DNA of 64,000 bases, taken from positions 1,550,001 to 1,614,000 of the forward strand of contig NC_043007.1 of NCBI RefSeq assembly GCF_006345805.1, in the 5' to 3' direction. The DNA comes from Octopus sinensis (taxonomy: Eukaryota). Made by a program: the position numbers and the translations under genes. The notes below the pieces were generated by a model. It ran no database searches, had not been told where the DNA came from, and worked only from the letters and a program-made list of their open reading frames with translations. Below, in pieces: positions 1 through 12,780 of this stretch; the stretch's first letter is position 1; each line of letters starts with the position of its first letter.

Positions 1-2769
1 AACACGACAATCTTGATAAAGCCTTTTACATGCTTGAAATGCATGACAGGGGTTTTTAGTGATATGCACCAGTAAAGTCAAAGGTGGGGAAGAATTTGTT
101 TGCAGAAACGAAACAAAGAAAGAAAGGGCTTATTGATTCTATCATCAAGTTACCTGGGTGGTGGGTACCTGTCTCATTCACTGAACGAATCTATAGTTTA
201 AGAGTAAACAATATGCAATTGCTTCTTGCGACAGGTAAGTTTATTCTTTGTTGTTATTATCACCTGATCTTGGCTTGGTGACAGCTTTAAGAAACCTTTC
301 TTGGAGAACAGGTGAGTGCTGGTTAACAGTAAGTGCATCTGGCCATACAGTACTGCTGCAGAAATATGTATATATATACCTCCTGCTAACCTGTGCTCAC
401 ATGGAAGAAGGGATGTGTGAAATAAGTAAACAAACCAACTGAACACATCAACACCACCACCACCAACATAACCACCACCACCACCACCATACCACCACTC
501 CCCCCCACCGCCGCCACCCTCAACAGCACCGCCGCCGAAATGCTGTGTTAGCAACAAACAAGATGAGGACAAATATCCGCCAAATGTAAATAATGTTCTT
601 AGGTATATCTTTAAGTCCCATTGTTCAATAACCACAATGTCATTCCAAAAGACAAAAATAGGATTTGGTGCATAAATTAAGGATGAGATGGAATTTTCAA
701 AACTTTTACTGTTATAAAATAGCCAGAACTAGTTTTTTTTTTGTACTCTTGTATGATGAGAGCACAACCAAAAGTACATCCCTTGTTTTATACAGACTCA
801 TGTTTTATCAGTAGTTGTTTTATGTTGAAAAATTATCAGGATTTTGCATCTTGCAAGTTGTTGTGTAAGTGAAAAGTAGTTTGAAATATTTTTTTTCTTT
901 TATAGTTTTCTTAGGAGCAATTAATCGCTTTATTTGAAGCTGCTACTGCAAAAATAGATGTATATCTATGTGTGTGTGTGTGTGTATGTGTGTATTTAAT
1001 ATATATCTATGCTCATAATTACACTGGTGCAAATGTATACACACACACACACATCTACATGTAGTATACATTATATATCCACACATAAGCATCACTTTTC
1101 TTGGATAACAGCATCTTCTTGAAGCTGTTTCATCAAATACACAACTATGAACTAATTTTATAAATTTGCTTCTGTCTAAGAGCATAAAACAATTATTGGA
1201 GGAACGTTTGAAGAATTTATGTATTGTTCATCCTGAAGGAACAATCTGGTGTTCCACTAATTTTTTTTCTTCTTTTTAAACTTTTCCTTCTTGTCAGCTC
1301 TTCTCATTGAAATGGTAATTCCATACTTCTTTCTAACCGAAATGAAATGCAAGTTTTGCCTCTGTTTTCCTGTCTCATCCATATTTGTCATTTGCTTATT
1401 AAATTTATTTACGTGTTTGTTTGTGTGTGCGTGTGTGTGTGTCTATATATATATATAATCAAAGTGTACAGTAGTATATAACCATTACAGCCAGTCTTAT
1501 CAATTGGTTTTGCACTGGGGGTTCAACAGAGTGTTAGATAACAGTCTGATTATGTAACCCTGTGCTCCTCAGAGATAGCCATTATGGGCTGAAATATGGT
1601 GACTGCTCTCTATTTTTGGAGGTGAAAAGACACATCCGGTTTGTGGTTGCTGTGAAAAAGATGATGAAATGAATTGAGCTTGGAGTTTCTACCTATCGCA
1701 ATGGAGCCCAGCAATTTCCTTAAATGGATCAGTTTTTCTCCACTCAAGGCGTCTAGCTTGCGTTTGCCTCCAGGAAGCTATTACTCATTTTGTCTGCGTT
1801 AGGACAATGAAATTTATCACTGCCAACATTGCTGCTACCAGTTCTTACTACACCTAACGTTGATGACAGTATCATAATTTGTCCTTGCACATGTAAACTC
1901 ACTAAGTGAATATGACTTAGCGTTCCTATAAAAACCTTCATTTACCTTATTCGATGTTTAATGTCGTTTCACATTCATGTTGAGTTATGCAACAATCTTA
2001 TGTTTTCTTCATAGAAAACTTGTAATGTAGGATTTACTAGTTCTTTTGGTATAGATTTTTGCTATTCTTGTTTATGTCTCCACACAGACGTGTATATTCT
2101 AACAAGTCGCTTCTTAAATTTCGCACCTCTCTTGTTCAATAGACATTAAGTTAAAATGGCAGCTGTTTATTTTCTCTTTTTGATTTTTAATGTTTATTTT
2201 CACTGGTTACCAAACTATCAATTTGGTCTCCCGGCTAAAATGATAATGATAAATTTTAAAGTTTGCTTGACATTTCATAAGTGTTAAAGAGATTAAAATT
2301 TCGGTAGAAAAATCAGAGCTTGAGACAAGAACACACTTTCGACCAATCAGAATTCTAATTGCATAATCAGTTTGATCGGTCACCTTCCTCTGTCGGTTGA
2401 GTAAAGTGTTATCCAAGCTGATGTTTATTGGTAATTAAACTTATTTTACAACACTTGTGTGTATTTATCAGCTTTGTTTTTGTTGATAAGAATTATCAAC
2501 AATTTTTCCTGTGATCGTGATTTGAGAAAACATACAGAAGTGTGCTAAAGATCGGACATAATCTCTTGTGGGCAAGAAATGTAAAACATAGTTTATTACA
2601 AGCAAAACAAACACTTTGTAATTAAATAGCTTTCAGTATGATACCTGTTAAACAGAAATTATTTTTATGTAATGAAAATTTAATGAAATCTAACCATAAG
2701 TAAGTGAAATAATGCTAAATACAACTAAATTGAAAACCTTTTCCCCCTGGCCATATTGGCAATTCTGAA

Positions 2770-3010
2770 AACTTTTGGGTGCGAATTTTACACGAGTAGA
2801 AGCTGTTTTTAACAAATTTTATCCTGAAAATCACCTGCGTAAATTATGTAAGTGCACAAATTACGTAGGTTTTACAGTAATAAATGTATTCTTTAGTATT
2901 TCAAGATATTTTTTATTTAATTTTGGTAAATATTTCTGTGAAAATGAGTTGTCAGTGTTAATTTTCATTTTTGTGCAATTTAGATGACAGTTTATTTACC
3001 CACCCTGTAT
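2770..3010. mobile_element. Tc1/mariner-like MITE remnant
   Basis: Ends CACCCTG-TA (TIR CAGGGTG with TA target). Confidence 0.45.
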
Positions 3011-3141
3011 ATATATGTATGCTGAAGAGCGTAGGCTCAAAATGTAAAAGACTTTTTTCATTTTCCCCAAGTGTCAAACTTATACACTTGCTTGCTGTTC
3101 ATACACCTGTCTTCATCTTTTGTTTTTGTATAAATTACAAC

Positions 3142-3194
<53 letters not shown>

Positions 3195-3207
3195 ATCCAT
3201 CCATCCA

Positions 3208-3244
<37 letters not shown>

Positions 3245-3419
3245 CTCTCTCTCTCTCTCTTTTGTGCCACCTATGCTATCAAAATTTCCACACAGTTCAC
3301 AGGACTATGACCCCTGGAAGAGGTGGTGATGGGGACAGCTTCATGCTAGGGGACAAAAAGATTATAATGATAGGAAGGGCTTATACATACTTCTATATCT
3401 ATATCAATGTATATATATG

Positions 3420-3453
<34 letters not shown>

Positions 3454-3495
3454 TAGGTATATATATATTTATATATATGTAAATATATGTATATT

Positions 3496-3530
<35 letters not shown>

Positions 3531-3619
3531 GTATATGCATATATATATATATACACACATATGTATATATATTTATATGTAAATATAAATATATTTGTGT
3601 ATATATATATATACATATA

Positions 3620-3674
<55 letters not shown>

Positions 3675-4389
3675 GCACACACACACACTCACACACACAT
3701 TGTTTTGAATTCTAATCCACAGCTGCTCTGAAGATGTGTTTCCCTCCTCCGCCCTCATTTTCCTCTCTAGCTGTCACTTTCTTTAGTGCTAAAAATATTA
3801 AGCGTATTGTTAAATAATGGACATTAAAACATAAAATTCTTAAAAAATAAGCAACAGAAATATCTACGTCAGAAAAAACAATTTCAATTTATTCATTGAA
3901 ATTATTTAAAGCTAGATGCTTTTAAGTAACTTTAATCATTATTAGTGTGTTTTTTTTTTGTTGTTGTTGCCTTTATTTTTTCCCCATAGTTTTCCCCTTT
4001 TTTTGTTTTTTGCTTATGAGAGATATATTAAAAGATCAATACTAAGAAAACTGCTGGGAATCACAGCTTATTTGAAACCTTGAAATATATTTCTTATAAC
4101 TATTGAAAAATGGAAAACTAAAGAATAAGTGTGTGTGTGTGCATTGATATATATATATATATATATATGTATATATGCACTCATACATATATGTATATAT
4201 TTACAGTAAGTTATATGTATGTATTTATGCACATGCACACAAACACTCATGTATACACATACATACATACACACACATATATATATATATACATATGCAT
4301 ATATACACACACATATACTTATATACACATTATATATATACATACATATATATATATATATACATACATATATATACATATATATATAT

Positions 4390-4479
<90 letters not shown>

Positions 4480-4480
4480 T

Positions 4481-4513
<33 letters not shown>

Positions 4514-6540
4514 TTATATATATATATATATATGTATCAGTTTTTCTTATACATTTCTTATGGATGCAACAACAAAAAAAGGTTTAGAATTTCATTTTCT
4601 TTTTGTTCCTTACTAATTTTATCTTTTTTTTAATTTTCTAAGTAGATTTTACACACACACACATACACACACATGCTGCACACACACACACACACATGCA
4701 CACATACGTAATTAAGAAATATTAGATGTAACGGTAGCTTGTGCAACTAGTTACGACTTCAATTGGTAACATTTTATTCTGAATCTTGAAATTATTGGTA
4801 TTAAGAATTCTTCTCATGCTTCGTTGGTCCCCACTAAAAAATTGAAAAAAAAAAAAAAAAATAATAATAAAAGAAACAAGCTGATAAAACAACAAAAAAC
4901 TGGTGTTGTTTAACATTGTGGTACTGTTGTAAATCACATGTTTCCATTAATATGTTGTCTATTGTAACATTATCATAAAATATGGCTGTACTTGTAGCGA
5001 ATCAAGCAGTTTGAGATTCAATTACTGAATTTCATGTATTTTAGTATCTTTTTTTTAATAATAAATTTTATTTTGTGACGAGAAACACATTTTCTGAAGA
5101 ATTATTGGTGTTTGTTTTTTAATGCCGACCCCCACTCTTTTTTTTTGTAAGCTGAAGATTAAAATGAAATCCTAGTCATAAACTGAGATTCTGTACGTGG
5201 GCAAATGGACCCTTTTCCTGCCAGTCTGAATTGATGTTTTTCACAATATTATCTTCTACTTGTAGTGGCCATCTGGCGGCAGCCATGCTGAGGCACTGCC
5301 CCAAAGGGTTGAGACAGGCAAATCACTTATTGTTTTTGAAACTTAATATCTATTCTGTTGGCCTCTCTTTGCCAAATTGCGAAGTTAGAGGAATGTAAAC
5401 AAACCAACACCTATCATCAAGCAGAGGTGGGGAACAAACACAAAATCACACACATACACACACACACTCACATGACTAGCTTCTTGCAGTTTCTTATTTC
5501 TTTACTACCCATAAGGGGCTAAACATAGAGAGGACAAACAAGGACAGACAAAGGGATTAAGTCGATTACATCGACTCCAGTGTGTAACTGGTACTTGATT
5601 TATCGACCCCGAAAGGATGAAAGGCAAAGTTGACCTCGGTGGAATTTGAACTCAGAATGTAACGGCAGACGAAATACCACTAAGCATTTCACCCGGCGTG
5701 CTACCGTTTCTGCCAGCTCGCTGCCCTTCTTTCAGTTTCTGTCTACCAAATCAACTTACAAAGCTTTGGTTGACCCTGAACAATTGTAGAAGAATGAACC
5801 CAAGTCCTTGTGGTCAAGAAGCAAACTTCTTACCACACAGCCATGCCTGCACCTATATATAAATGTATACTCTCGTACACTTTCAGTCACTTGACTGCGG
5901 CCATGCTGGAGCACCACCTTTAGTTGAGCAAATCGACCCCAGGACTTATTCTTTGTAAGCCTAGTACTTATTCTATTGGTCTCTTTTGCCGAACTTCTAA
6001 GTTACGGGGACATAAACACACCAGCATCGGTTGTCAAGTGACGTTGGGGGGACAAACACAGATACACAAACACACACATATATACATACACATATATATG
6101 ATGGGCTTCTTTCAGTTTCCGTCTACCAAATCCACTCAAAGGTTTGGTTGGCCCGAGGCTACAATAGAAGACACTTGCCCAAGGTGCTGCGCAGTGGGAC
6201 TGAACCCGGAACCATGTGGTTGGTAAGCAAGCTACTTACCACACAGCCACTCCTATTGTTTTTCTAAAACTCAGAGCTTTCAGTGTTGTCTAATAAATTT
6301 CAGTGATTAATTATTTTGAGAATTATGCAGGTGCTACAGTGGAAAGCACCACCTTGACTGCCACTTCCCTGCTCCTTCTAGAGCTATTAGTGAGCAAAAC
6401 AACCCCTCTTGTGCTTCTGTCAGAAAAAATGCATGTAGTACATAATATAAAGTGGTTGGCAAACGAGCAGAGCAAGTGAAGGGTTGTGATGTCCCATTAA
6501 TCCCATCTCTACAAGGACTTATGAACCTGTTTAAAGTTTT

Positions 6541-7110
6541 AGTAAAGATTGTTTGCCAACATAACATTGCAGTCCTGGTTTAGGACGAATGTTGCTGTAA
6601 TTTAGCCCCAGGAGGCATCGTCTCCAGCTGGCTATACATGATCTGTGTACTTATATTTTCGAACAAAGGAATGTAGCTCCCTCATCCAGCTCAAAAACAA
6701 TATATGTGTATCGTGATTTCCAGATTATTTCCTTTCATCAGCACAGAATACTTGTTCAGCTAGAGGTGGTGCTGCAAAATTCCTGTTCAAAATATATAGT
6801 TTTCAAAGTGACAACTAGTCACGGATTTATAAATTAGAAAAATTACTATTTTAAATCTCACAACAAGAGATATTCAGCAACAGATGTTGTTTTGAGCTGA
6901 ATGGGGGTGTTAGATTCCCTTGTTCTAAAATATAAGGACACGGATCGTGTTGTATAGCCAGCTGGAGACGATGTCTCCTGGGGCTAAATTACAGCAACAT
7001 TAGTCCTAAACCAGGACTGCCATGTTATGTTGGCAAACAGTCTTTACTACAAAGTCCTGTTGCTTCATATCTCTTGATGTGAGATTTAAAAATAGTAATT
7101 TTTCTAAACT
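6541..7110 (-). mobile_element. HHR-bearing fold-back element (Penelope-like/retrozyme-like)
   Basis: ~160-bp inverted arms (6541-6700 and 6886-7048) with the HHR between them. Extension 7058-7108 is inverse to 6834-6880. Confidence 0.7.
6705..6745 (-). ncRNA. Minimal type-I hammerhead motif
   Basis: Minus strand TGTG-CTGATGA-AAGGAAATAATCTG-GAAA-TCACGA-TA-CACA. Helix III derives from palindrome ATCGCGAT with one CpG decay. Confidence 0.7.
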
Positions 7111-7650
7111 TGTAGTCACAACAATGTTCCCCTCATACACTCTGTAAAGCGATTGAGGGGTTGGTGATAGGAAAGGCATCCAGCCAAAGAAACCAGGCGA
7201 AGTGACATGCATGAGTACCAGTCTATTGAAGCAGTGGCTTCCAATAAGAAATGAGTCAGACTGTGATGATCTGTCCAACCCATGCCAACATGGAAAGCAG
7301 ATGTTAAATGAAGATTATGATGATGATCATGATGACCAAATATTGGTCCTGTTCCTTTGTAATTTTCCATTTATTCTGCATTTCCCCATCATGAAACGCA
7401 TCTTACAAAACATACAATATGTATTTACTGCTTTGTGTTGTTAATTTTCTGGGAATAATCTACGATTTGGGAGAGATGTTGTTAAGTAATTAATTTGTTT
7501 TCATTATTAAGCTGGCATTTGGAACATAATTACTTAATTACTAGGTTTTACTATGTAATTACTATGCATGGTTTTAATTTGAATATCAAAGTCAAGTAAG
7601 TGATTAGATCTTGGTTGCTGTCAAAGGTAAGGATTCACTTGTTTGATCAC

Positions 7651-7955
7651 CGTGGAGGCACATGGCCTAGTGGTTAGAGTAGCAGACTCGCGATCGAGGG
7701 ATCGCGGGTTCAAATCTCAGACCGGGTGATGTGTGTGTTTATGAGCGAAACACCTAAACTCCATGTGGCTCCAGCAGAAGGTAATGGCGAACTTCTGCTG
7801 ACTCTTTTGCCACAACTTTCTCTCACTCTTTCCTCCTGCATCTTGCAGCTCACCTGTGACGGATTGGCATCCTGTCCAGGTGGGGAACCTATATGCCAAG
7901 GAAACAGGGAAACTGGCTCTTATGAGCCAGGCGTGGCTAGAGAAGGAACAAACAA
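7651..7955 (+). mobile_element. SINE family C (tRNA-derived head)
   Basis: GTGGAGGCACATGGCCTAGTGGTTAGAG...GGTTCAAATC (A/B boxes). Inverted copy at 19090-19382. Confidence 0.85.
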
Positions 7956-8119
7956 CCTGAATTACGTACTCCTTTAAGTGGTGCATAAGTAGGTGAGTAT
8001 TCCATAGACGGGTGTAATGCTTGGGTAGAATTGGCATGACCCTGTATCTGCTAAAGTTCTTTGAACCACAGGTACACTCTCCATTCAGTAGGCTTCTGCA
8101 CAGTTTCTATCTATATTAA

Positions 8120-8575
8120 GTGACTAGAGTCCTTCGATCACCTCTGTCTACACTGCATCCTTTGTGTCCGATGGCATTACTTTGTCTCCAACAATTCGGT
8201 GCGACACCAATGCAAAATTACCTTCCTCCGACAAGTCATCCTAAGGAGACATTTGCATTGGCTGGGTCATGCCCTCCGTTGTCAACCAGGAGAATTCATC
8301 TACGAAGCAATTGCCCCAGCTCCCCTTCATGGTTAGCGAAAATGATGTAGTGGACAATGAAAATACTGGCTGATGATAGTCAACGCTGATCTGGAACCCA
8401 ACCTAGGCCTCCATATCTATGGCGTTTGCTGCTGGAATAGGGAGTGGTTGGAGACCACGCGCTCATTAGCCCTCAAATCACCAGGCCTGGTCGGCGTTTG
8501 TGAGAGATGCAGCATTGAGGATGAATGAAGCCAGCTCAACCCACTCCAGGTGAATGCTGTCTCATCATCATCATC
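8120..8575 (+). mobile_element. RTE-type LINE 3' fragment (decayed ORF C-terminus)
   Basis: Translates LESFDHLCLHCILCVRWHYFVSNNSVR...LRRHLHWLGHALR...YW..VNADL with stops. Ends in (CAT)n. Confidence 0.75.
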
Positions 8576-9952
8576 CATGTCAATCATAAAGCATGGACCA
8601 ATTCAAGGCTCTATTAAAGGCACTTGCTCGAGATGCCATGCACTGGGATTGAACTTACATGCTCATAATTGCAAAGCAAATCACCTAACCATTTGGTTTT
8701 CACTAATCTAAATAGCAACGCATAAAAAACTGCTGTCATATTAAAGAGTATAGAAGCAATCTCAGGTGGGTTAGCATCAAAAGAGTTGGACCATGGACAT
8801 GTTTTTGTTATTATTTAAGACTATGATATACTATTCTCTTTTTAAAAATTTAATTTAAAAAAAAAAAAAAATTCAGGCTATTTTCTTGACAAAACACAAA
8901 TCAGCCGTAAAATATGATACTTACATGGCTTTTGAAGTGTTAGCAATTATTCAGTGCTGAAGAGAAAGCTTAACTTTTAGGAGATGCTATTTATTATGTT
9001 ACACAAGTGTTATCACCGTGGCATCTCTTTAAAAATTGGGAGGCCTTACATTTATTGTGTTATGTGTGAATGAATGCACGTTGTATTGTTGTAGTCTGTT
9101 GAAAGTAATGTAATACGGAACCACCTTGTTTCGTATGAAAAGATTGTAATGCTCATATATTTACGAGAATATATTTTGATGTGAAATATGGTTTTGACAT
9201 TGGAGTTTTATACCTTTTGAACTTGTTCTGGTTAAATACATATCTGGAATGGAGTTAGTTTCAATGTAAGCTATTAATGCATTCATTAAAATGTATTTTT
9301 TTTGTCATTTTGTACTTTCTTTGTTTTGTGGAACAATAGCCAAGTTGATAAACCACAATACGCCTCAGGACAGATTCGACTCTATATCTTGCTACAAGCA
9401 TTGTCAAATACCTGAGCAAGCCTCCAGTATTTGCTAAAAGTGATTTATCTAATGGTGATATCGTTATTTCTACATCACAGTTATAATTGTTATTGAATTC
9501 AATAGGATCAAATAACCTTATCAACAACAATAGACCAGTATGACAATTGTAAAATGTATTTGTATTTTTCTCACTTCTCTTTCATGATTAAATTGTAGAT
9601 AGGGACTTGCAATTAAATCTTGAGAGGGATCTGCTAGATATCACATGACTGATCTATGGTATCTAGTACATGTCATTATGCTCTGATCTTCTACGGTTTA
9701 CGGATATAATCTCTTTCTATTCATATTCCGTGTCTGTTTTTTACAGTCATCACTGATCATAGGCTTTCATACAAAAGTGCAAGAATTCATGGTTATTCGT
9801 GGCTGTGTGGTAAGTAGCTTGCTTCCCAACCACATGGTTCTGGGTTCAGTCCCACTGTGTGGCACCTTGGGCAAGTGTCTTCTACTATAGCCTCGAGCTG
9901 ACTAAAGCCTTGTGAGTGGATTCGGTAGATAGAAACTGAAAGAAGCCTGGTG

Positions 9953-10001
<49 letters not shown>

Positions 10002-11191
10002 ATATATATATATACATATATGTATGTATATATGTATGTATGTATATATTTGTGTGTGTTTCTTGTCCCCCACAATCTCTTGACAACCGATGTTGGTGTG
10101 TTTATGTCCCTGTAACTTAGAGATTCTGATAGAATAAGTGCTAAGCTTACAAAGAATAAGTCCTGGGATTGATTTGTTTGACTAAAGGTGGTGCTCCAGC
10201 ATGGCTGAAACAAATCCAAGAATAAGATACTGAAGTGATTTTCCCATTGTCTTCTGGTTTCTTTACAATTGTCCTCTGTGACTCGCTTCCTCTGCCAAAC
10301 TTACTCTTGAGGCTCATGGTCTTTTAAACTGTCAATTAGTTCACAGAACAGGTTATGTCCACAACCTAGTGGGCTTGTGTGATGCTGGCCCCTAGATCAC
10401 ACAAGCCCTAGTGGGCTTGAATGATCTAGGGGCCAGCATTCTTCTGTGTCCTGTATTTCACCCATAACTGGGGTCCTTGACAGGTACTACCACTAGAGGC
10501 CAGAAGTAGTGATGATTAGGGTCTGACTCCACACTGCTCCAAATTGCTGAGCTTTGTACTAGGGGTCTTTGCCTCCAGTTGTACTTTGATGTCTTTTGCC
10601 CATAGCAAACTTATAAAATCCATCCAAAAGATCATATATGGACCATTACAGTGCAGAGTCAACACAGTGAAAACATATGTCCAAACTATATTCTGTCTGA
10701 ATGGTTTTGTTAAGCAGTGTCGAGTTTCTACAATTCTGTAAACAATAATGATATTTTTTTATAAGCTTAAAGCGCATAGTGATCACTGTGCCAATGACTA
10801 AGGAAAATAGTTTAATATTGGGGCATAAAAGCCCTTGACAGAAAGAAGTGGGCTTGTATGCCCTGTTATTAGACTATTTTCTGTTGTCGTTTGCACGGTG
10901 ATCACTATGAGCTTTAAGCTTATGAAAAAAATACCATTATTATTATTTATAGAATTATTTTCTATTTATTCTTTTATTTGTTTCAGTCATTTGACTATGG
11001 CCATGCTGGAGCATCGCCTTTAGTTTATCAAATCAACCCCAGGACTTATTCTTTGTAAGCCTAGTACTTATTCTATCAGTCTCTTTTACCGAACCACTAA
11101 ATTACGGGGATGTAAACACACCAGCATCGGTTGTCAAGCGATGGTGGGGGACAAACACAGACACAAATAACAAATACATGCATACATACAT

Positions 11192-11275
<84 letters not shown>

Positions 11276-11709
11276 TATATATATATACGATGGGCTTCTT
11301 TCAGTTTCCGTCTACCAGATTCACTCACAAAGCTTCAGTTGGCCTGATGCTATAGTAAAAACACTTACCCAAGGTGCCATGCAGTGGGACTGAACCCAGA
11401 ACCATGTGGCTGGTAAGCAAGCTACTTACCCCACAGCCACTCCTGTGCCAGCTGTTTCTTTTTTTTTCATGATATATCACTCAGACTGAAGTCTGTGATT
11501 TTTTAAAAACCAAAATGTGTTATATTTTATGATGCATAAATTAAACTTTTAATTAATTTATTAATTAATTATTGAAGTCAAGTGCAAATATGAAATGTAA
11601 TCATTAACGTTGGAAAGCAATAAAAAGATTTCACACACACAAACCCACACACGATAACACATTTACTTGCACAGAGATAATTGCTTTGTGTATGAGTATG
11701 TGTATGTAT

Positions 11710-11980
11710 CAACATCATCATCACCATCGTCGTCATCTTCCTCCTCCTCCTCCTCCTCATCATCATCATCATCATCATTATCATCATCATCTTCCTCCTC
11801 CTCCTCATCTTCTTCCTTCTCCTCATCTTCCTCCTCTTCATCATTATCATCATCATCTTCCTCCCCCTCCTCTTTATCATTATCATCATCATCATCATCA
11901 TCTTCCTCCTCCTTATCATCATCTTTCTCATCATCATCTTCTTCCTCCTCCTCATCATCATTATCATCATCATCATCGTC
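11710..11980. repeat. (CAT/CCT/CTT)n trinucleotide tract
   Basis: Seen directly. Similar (CAT/CAC)n tracts at 31745-31922 and 53060-53275. Confidence 0.95.
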
Positions 11981-12360
11981 ATTTAATGTCCATGTTTGAT
12001 GCTGGCATGGGTTGGACTAATTCACAATATCCAGCGGGGCAAAGAACTACATCATGTTCCAGTGTCTTCTGCTTTGTGGTGGTTTCTACAGCTGTAAGTC
12101 CTTCCTAATGCCAACCACTTCACAGCATATAGTGGCTACTTTTTTTTGCATAGCACCAACACTAGGAAGATATGTGTGCGTGTGTGTGTGTGTAATTAAA
12201 AAACAACATGTAGTAAATAAACAAACGAATATAGACTAAATACACAAACGAACAGAAAACACAGGAGGTCACCAACTCCTCATCAGTTACTGGCCAGAGA
12301 GTCAAATGCAATTTCAGCCATTATTGATGTGAATATATATATATGTATATACAGACTTAC

Positions 12361-12682
12361 TGTTGTGTCTGGGGAGAGTCATTTTCTTTTTGTGCCTTAT
12401 AATGTAACACACTCACCTGTAAAATTTCCACTTATTTCTTATTTTTATTTTCTTAAAATTATCGTTGTGTCTTGCAACCTGTTCAATTGTCTTGACACAT
12501 GCGCACAAACAAACAAAAAGGAATGCAGTGTAAATAAGGGACAGCTTCAAAACTATTGAAAAGGTTTGCAAGACACAACGAAAATTTTAGGAAAATAAAA
12601 ATAAGAAATATGTGGAAATTTTAACGGTGAGTGTTTTAAATAATAAGGCACTAAAAGAGAATGACTCTCCCCAGACACAATA
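12361..12682. mobile_element. Fold-back element with ~125-bp inverted arms, each carrying an HHR-like motif
   Basis: 12362-12487 is the reverse complement of 12555-12681 (TTGTGTCTGGGGAGAGTCATT...TTCAAT). Confidence 0.65.
12553..12590 (+). ncRNA. Very minimal hammerhead-like motif (U3-A8 variant)
   Basis: CTA-TTGAAAA-G-GTTTGC-AAGAC-ACAAC-GAAA-AT-TT-TAG. A more decayed inverted copy lies at ~12452-12490. Confidence 0.45.
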
Positions 12683-12740
12683 AAATATGCTTCAACACAC
12701 GAACTCATATAAAGAATCTTGCAAACCAAATCCAAAAACG

Positions 12741-12780
<40 letters not shown>

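Noticed and set aside
9-50. HHR-like TTGATAA-AGC..GCTT-GAAA-TGCA-TG
   Set aside because: G at the cleavage position and no convincing helix I; at best a dead relic.
84-234. ORF ending QLLLATG at a good gtaagt donor, as a possible MON2 exon
   Set aside because: Resemblance to MON2 WQLVLATLQ is limited to a few residues and the upstream sequence does not match.
1542-1605. HHR-like CAGT-CTGATTA...GAAA-TATGG-TG-ACTG
   Set aside because: Core G8 is mutated, G at the cleavage site and non-palindromic helix III.
7651-7725. tRNA-like sequences (also 19310-19382, 34176-34250)
   Set aside because: These are SINE heads continuing into shared bodies, with no proper acceptor stem.
9261-9530. Unique segment with open frames on both strands and a plus-strand acceptor
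   Set aside because: No recognisable protein; could be conserved non-coding DNA.
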